The notes under the pieces were generated by a model, which was given only the letters and a program-made list of their open reading frames with translations, did no database searches and was not told where the DNA came from. Below are positions 60,470-64,000 of a stretch of 64,000 bases of DNA, piece by piece. Numbering within the stretch: the first letter of the stretch is position 1; the number at the start of each line of letters is the position of its first letter. The translations under genes were made by a program, and so were the position numbers. Source of the DNA: Gemmatimonadales bacterium (GTDB lineage: Bacteria; Gemmatimonadota; Gemmatimonadetes; Gemmatimonadales; Gemmatimonadaceae). The stretch is from assembly GCA_038234895.1 (NCBI GenBank), contig JBBQSM010000003.1, positions 9,542 to 73,541 on the forward strand, given 5' to 3'.

Positions 60470-61377
60470 TACACGGCACCTGAAGGAGAAGTCCAGCCCA
60501 CCTGCGCACTCGCTTCGGTGTCCTCGCCGCGCCCAGACCACTTGAAGAAGACAACGGTCATCACGGCGTAGAAGAAGACGCCGCCCGGAATCCACATGAT
60601 CAGTCCGCCATACTGCTGATCCATCATCGGCGCGACGCCCCACACGCGCGGGGCCACGGCATAGGCCGGGTAGAGCAGCGTGTCTGCCATGGCGATGTAG
60701 ATCGAGATGACGGACATCGGGATGACCATCACGAAGCAGTAGAGCATCTGGATCGGGTACGACGCGCGGGGCAGCTCTGGCAACGGCGATGTGAGCGGCC
60801 ACCACATAAAGACCGACGCCACGATGAACATCAGATGCTGCCCGATGTGCACCGGATGATTGGCCAGCGCGAGATTGTACATCGGCGGCAGATGCCAGAA
60901 CGCCAGCACGACATTGAAGATCGCAAAGCACGCGCCGTACCCCGTGAGCCGTTTCGCCACCGCGAAGACGGTTGGGTGGCGCAGCAACGGTCGCAGCATC
61001 CACGCGGGCGTGCCGAGGATCATGAGCGGCGGCACCATGAGCGTGAGAATCAGGTGCTGCACCATGTGCGCGCTGAACAGGTAGTAGTCGCTCAGGTCGT
61101 GCAGCGGCCCGTTCAGCGTAAAGAAGAGCAACGTGAGCGACACGATGAAACTTGCGCGTTGCCCGGCCGACGGCCCCTGCGGCGCGGCGGCGAGGTCCAA
61201 CTGCGCAGAGCTCGCCTGCTCGGCACCGGTGACGGTCACCGGAAACCGATCTAATGCACTCGGCCCCTGGCGCGCGCGTAAGAAATACGCCACACCAAGG
61301 GCCGCAATCCCGATCGCCGTACTCGGATGAACCGTGAAGTTCGTCCACGAAAGCTGTGCTGCGGGATGTAAGAGCAT
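60469..61377 (-). CDS. ctaG: Cytochrome c oxidase assembly protein, caa3-type CtaG
   Basis: YLFSAHMVQH; FWHLP; HIGQH; DQQYGGLIMWIPG; cox operon context. Confidence 0.88.
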   Translation of the reverse strand: MLLHPAAQLSWTNFTVHPSTAIGIAALGVAYFLRARQGPSALDRFPVTVTGAEQASSAQLDLAAAPQGPSAGQRASFIVSLTLLFFTLNGPLHDLSDYYLFSAHMVQHLILTLMVPPLMILGTPAWMLRPLLRHPTVFAVAKRLTGYGACFAIFNVVLAFWHLPPMYNLALANHPVHIGQHLMFIVASVFMWWPLTSPLPELPRASYPIQMLYCFVMVIPMSVISIYIAMADTLLYPAYAVAPRVWGVAPMMDQQYGGLIMWIPGGVFFYAVMTVVFFKWSGRGEDTEASAQVGWTSPSGAV

Positions 61378-61448
61378 GTTCTGAATTTAGTACCGATCAC
61401 GTGCAACTCACACCCAACACCAACTGCGGGTGGTAGTGGTGTGAGCAG

Positions 61449-61790
61449 TCAGCTCAGCAATCCCAACTTGATCGCCAGCTTGGAGAACAGGAACAGCAAG
61501 CCGATGAGCGTAAGCGACGCGATGAGCAGCGGCCCGGTGAACAACGCGCGAAACAACTTGTGTTCGTACTTGAGATGCATGTAGAACGCCACCACCACCA
61601 CGAACTTGATGCCCGACATGATGAGCATGCTCGGCACGTAGATCCACGACGTTTCCCACGCCGGGATGTAGTACGCCGAGACTTCGATGGCGGTGACCAC
61701 CGTAAGGAAGAGCGCGACTTTCCAGTAGGTCGGCCATCCCGGATGGTAGTCTTCGTGCGCGTGGCCGCCGGCCTGAACGTTGTCTGCCAT
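61449..61790 (-). CDS. Cytochrome c oxidase subunit IV family protein
   Basis: LTVVTAIEV; KF..V..FYMHLKYE; three TM helices; GGAGCAGG RBS. Confidence 0.88.
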   Translation of the reverse strand: MADNVQAGGHAHEDYHPGWPTYWKVALFLTVVTAIEVSAYYIPAWETSWIYVPSMLIMSGIKFVVVVAFYMHLKYEHKLFRALFTGPLLIASLTLIGLLFLFSKLAIKLGLLS

Positions 61791-61800
61791 CGCCTGCTCC

Positions 61801-62502
61801 TTACTTGATCAGGTAGACGAGCGTGAAGATCGCGATCCACACCACGTCGACGAAGTGCCAGTACAGCGCACAGATATCCACCGTCGTCGAGTCCTCGGGA
61901 CGCAGGCCGCGCTTGTAGTCGATCGCCAGCAGCGTGAAAAGCCAGATGACGCCGGCCGTCACGTGTGCGCCATGGAATCCGGTCAGGGTGAAGAAGCTCG
62001 AACCGAACAGGTTCGTGCGCATCGTCAACCCTTCATGAATGAACGACGTGAACTCGTACGCCTGACAGCCAAGGAATCCGATACCAAGCAAGCAGGTCGT
62101 CCACAACCACAGCTTCGACGAGCCGAGGATGCGCTCCCAGGTTGTGTGCTTGGGCAGGTTCTTGTTCTGTACGGCCGAAAGTGCGAGCACCATCGCCAAC
62201 GACGACATGAGCAGCACGAACGTGGACGCCGACGTAACCGGGATGTTGAGAATCGCCGGGAATGTCTCGCCCGTAGCCGGATTGGTCCACGCTTCAGCAG
62301 GATACGGCCCTTCCGGGCTCTTTCCCTTGTAGATCAGGTACGTGGAGATAAGCGATGCGAAGAGCATGCATTCGGACCCAATGAAGGTCCAAATGGCGAC
62401 TTTGCGATTGTCGAGGCCGAGGGTGGTGTAGTGTCCACCGCCGCCGCCGTGCGCGTGGCCGTCGCCGTGTGCGGCGGCCTGGGGTTTCGTTGTCGCAGTC
62501 AT
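61801..62502 (-). CDS. ctaE: Cytochrome c oxidase subunit III
   Basis: WTFIGSECMLF; FFTLTGFHGAHV; YWHFVDVVW. Confidence 0.95.
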   Translation of the reverse strand: MTATTKPQAAAHGDGHAHGGGGGHYTTLGLDNRKVAIWTFIGSECMLFASLISTYLIYKGKSPEGPYPAEAWTNPATGETFPAILNIPVTSASTFVLLMSSLAMVLALSAVQNKNLPKHTTWERILGSSKLWLWTTCLLGIGFLGCQAYEFTSFIHEGLTMRTNLFGSSFFTLTGFHGAHVTAGVIWLFTLLAIDYKRGLRPEDSTTVDICALYWHFVDVVWIAIFTLVYLIK

Positions 62503-62503
62503 C

Positions 62504-64000
62504 CTAGTGATGGTCCTCGAGCGGCGTCAGCAGCCACTTATAGAGCGCGCCAACCCACCAGAGCGCGCCGGTCAGCGTGATGCCCACGCCAAGCATGGTG
62601 CTGTTTTCCAGGAACATCAGTCCCGCGAACATGCAGATGATGCCGGCCGCGGTGACGAGCGGCCAGATGGACGGATTCGGCATGACGATGCCGAGTTCCT
62701 TCGTGGTCGGAATGTGCGTGTTCTTCTCTTCTTCCCACGTGGTTTCGTGCACAAGCGTGTCACCGCCCTTCACGTTCCACAGCGGGTAGCGCGACTTGAC
62801 CGTCGGGATCTCGGCGAAGTTGTACTCCGGCGGCGGCGAAGGAATCGTCCACTCGAGTGTCGGCGCGCCCCACGGATTGCTCGACGCGCGAGGGCCGTTG
62901 CGCCAGCTCGTCCACATGTTGATTGCGCCGAACAGCACACCGATCGCCTGGATGACGTACCCGATCGACGACAGCATGTTGAACAGCTCGAGCCCTTGCC
63001 CCGCGTCATACTGATAAATGCGGCGCGGCATGCCGAGCAGTCCGCTGAAGTGCATCGGGAAGAACGTGAGGTTCATGCCGACGAAGAACACCCAGAAGTG
63101 CCAGTTGCCGAGCTTCTCGCTCATCATGCGACCGGTGAACTTCGGGAAGTAGTAGTACAACCCGGCGAAGAGGCCGAACATCGAGCCGCCCACGAGCACG
63201 TAGTGGAAATGCGCCACCACGAAGTACGTGTCCGTCTGCTGCAGGTCGGCCGGCGGCGAGGAGTGCATCACGCCGGAGATGCCACCAATCGTGAACATGG
63301 CGACCAGCGCGATAGCGAACTTCATGGCCACGGTGAAGCGAATCTGGCCGCCCCACATGGTCGCGATCCAATTGAAGATCTTCACGCCCGTCGGCACCGC
63401 GATGAGCATCGTCGTGAGCGAGAACACCGCATCGGCAATCGCGCCCATGCCCACAGAGAACATGTGGTGCGCCCAGACGCCGAAGCCGAGGAAACCGATG
63501 AGGATGCCCGAGTACACCATGACCGGGTAGCCGAACAGCGGCTTGCGCGAGAACGTCGGCAGCACTTCGGAGACAAGACCGAAGGCGGGCAGAATCAGGA
63601 TGTACACCTCGGGGTGACCGAACACCCAGAAGAGGTGCTGCCAGAGCAGCGGGTCGGCGCCCTTCGCGATCGTGTAGAAATTCGTGCCGAAGAAACGGTC
63701 GAACTGCAAGAACACGAGCGCGACGGTGATGACCGGGAAGGCCAGCACGACCAGGAACTGCACAACGAACGACATCCACGTGAAGATCGGCATGCGCATG
63801 AGCGTCATGCCGGGCGCACGCATGTTGATGATCGTCGTGATGAAGTTGAAACCGGCGGCCAGCGACGAGATGCCAAGGATCTGGAGGCCAAGCACCCAGA
63901 AATCCATGTTGATCTCGGGCGAGTACGCCTTGGTGCTCAGTGGCGCGTAGCCGAACCAACCGCCATCCGGTGCGATCTGGAAGAAGATCGGAAACGTGAT
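62504..64000 (-). CDS. ctaD: Cytochrome c oxidase subunit I, A1-type (5' end beyond window)
   Basis: FWVFGHPEVY; VWAHHM; PTGVKIF; VAHFHY; GMPRR; frame open to the window edge. Confidence 0.97.
   Translation of the reverse strand: MTFPIFFQIAPDGGWFGYAPLSTKAYSPEINMDFWVLGLQILGISSLAAGFNFITTIINMRAPGMTLMRMPIFTWMSFVVQFLVVLAFPVITVALVFLQFDRFFGTNFYTIAKGADPLLWQHLFWVFGHPEVYILILPAFGLVSEVLPTFSRKPLFGYPVMVYSGILIGFLGFGVWAHHMFSVGMGAIADAVFSLTTMLIAVPTGVKIFNWIATMWGGQIRFTVAMKFAIALVAMFTIGGISGVMHSSPPADLQQTDTYFVVAHFHYVLVGGSMFGLFAGLYYYFPKFTGRMMSEKLGNWHFWVFFVGMNLTFFPMHFSGLLGMPRRIYQYDAGQGLELFNMLSSIGYVIQAIGVLFGAINMWTSWRNGPRASSNPWGAPTLEWTIPSPPPEYNFAEIPTVKSRYPLWNVKGGDTLVHETTWEEEKNTHIPTTKELGIVMPNPSIWPLVTAAGIICMFAGLMFLENSTMLGVGITLTGALWWVGALYKWLLTPLEDHH

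Noticed and set aside
59729-61348. 539-aa ORF overlapping ctaG
   Set aside because: The N-terminal part is an alternative frame of ctaG; the real gene starts at ATG 60469 coupled to the ctaG stop.
62504-62700. Extra C-terminal TM pair on cox subunit I as a novel fusion
   Set aside because: Known arrangement in caa3/bo3-type oxidases, where subunit I carries the first two helices and subunit III is shortened.

Overview
High-GC bacterial chromosome segment, probably Gemmatimonadota (inferred from gene content: HEAT-repeat, Big_2/beta-propeller lipoprotein, GxxExxY and cNMP-aspartase genes; not verified by search). About 49 CDSs are supported. They include a GxxExxY PD-(D/E)XK gene, a fasciclin, a dTDP-4-amino/acetamido-sugar locus (rfbB-rfbA-GT2-wecD-like-rffA-methyltransferase), several hydrolases, PolX-PHP, nth and a cyclophilin. 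Also present are three efflux clusters (TetR-TolC-EmrAB; ECF sigma/anti-sigma-TolC-MacA-MacB-like; MdtAB-like RND), kup, a PAS hybrid kinase, leuS, a Tat-exported Ntn asparaginase divergent from a cNMP-domain/aspartase fusion, two tandem paralogous giant Ig/beta-propeller lipoproteins, dacB, a NagX/HGSNAT-like gene and the 3' part of a cytochrome c oxidase operon. No rRNA, tRNA, CRISPR array or transposase was found. The most unusual signal is a family of 260-350 bp intergenic fold-back elements built from GGATCGCGAA repeats: three complete copies plus one arm overlapping the stop codon of the GxxExxY nuclease-fold gene. The arms co-vary within each copy, conserved unpaired motifs give them polarity, and all copies have the same chromosomal orientation. 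Each complete copy sits between a TAG stop codon and a putative leaderless TANNNT promoter. The link to GxxExxY is a hypothesis resting on one occurrence.
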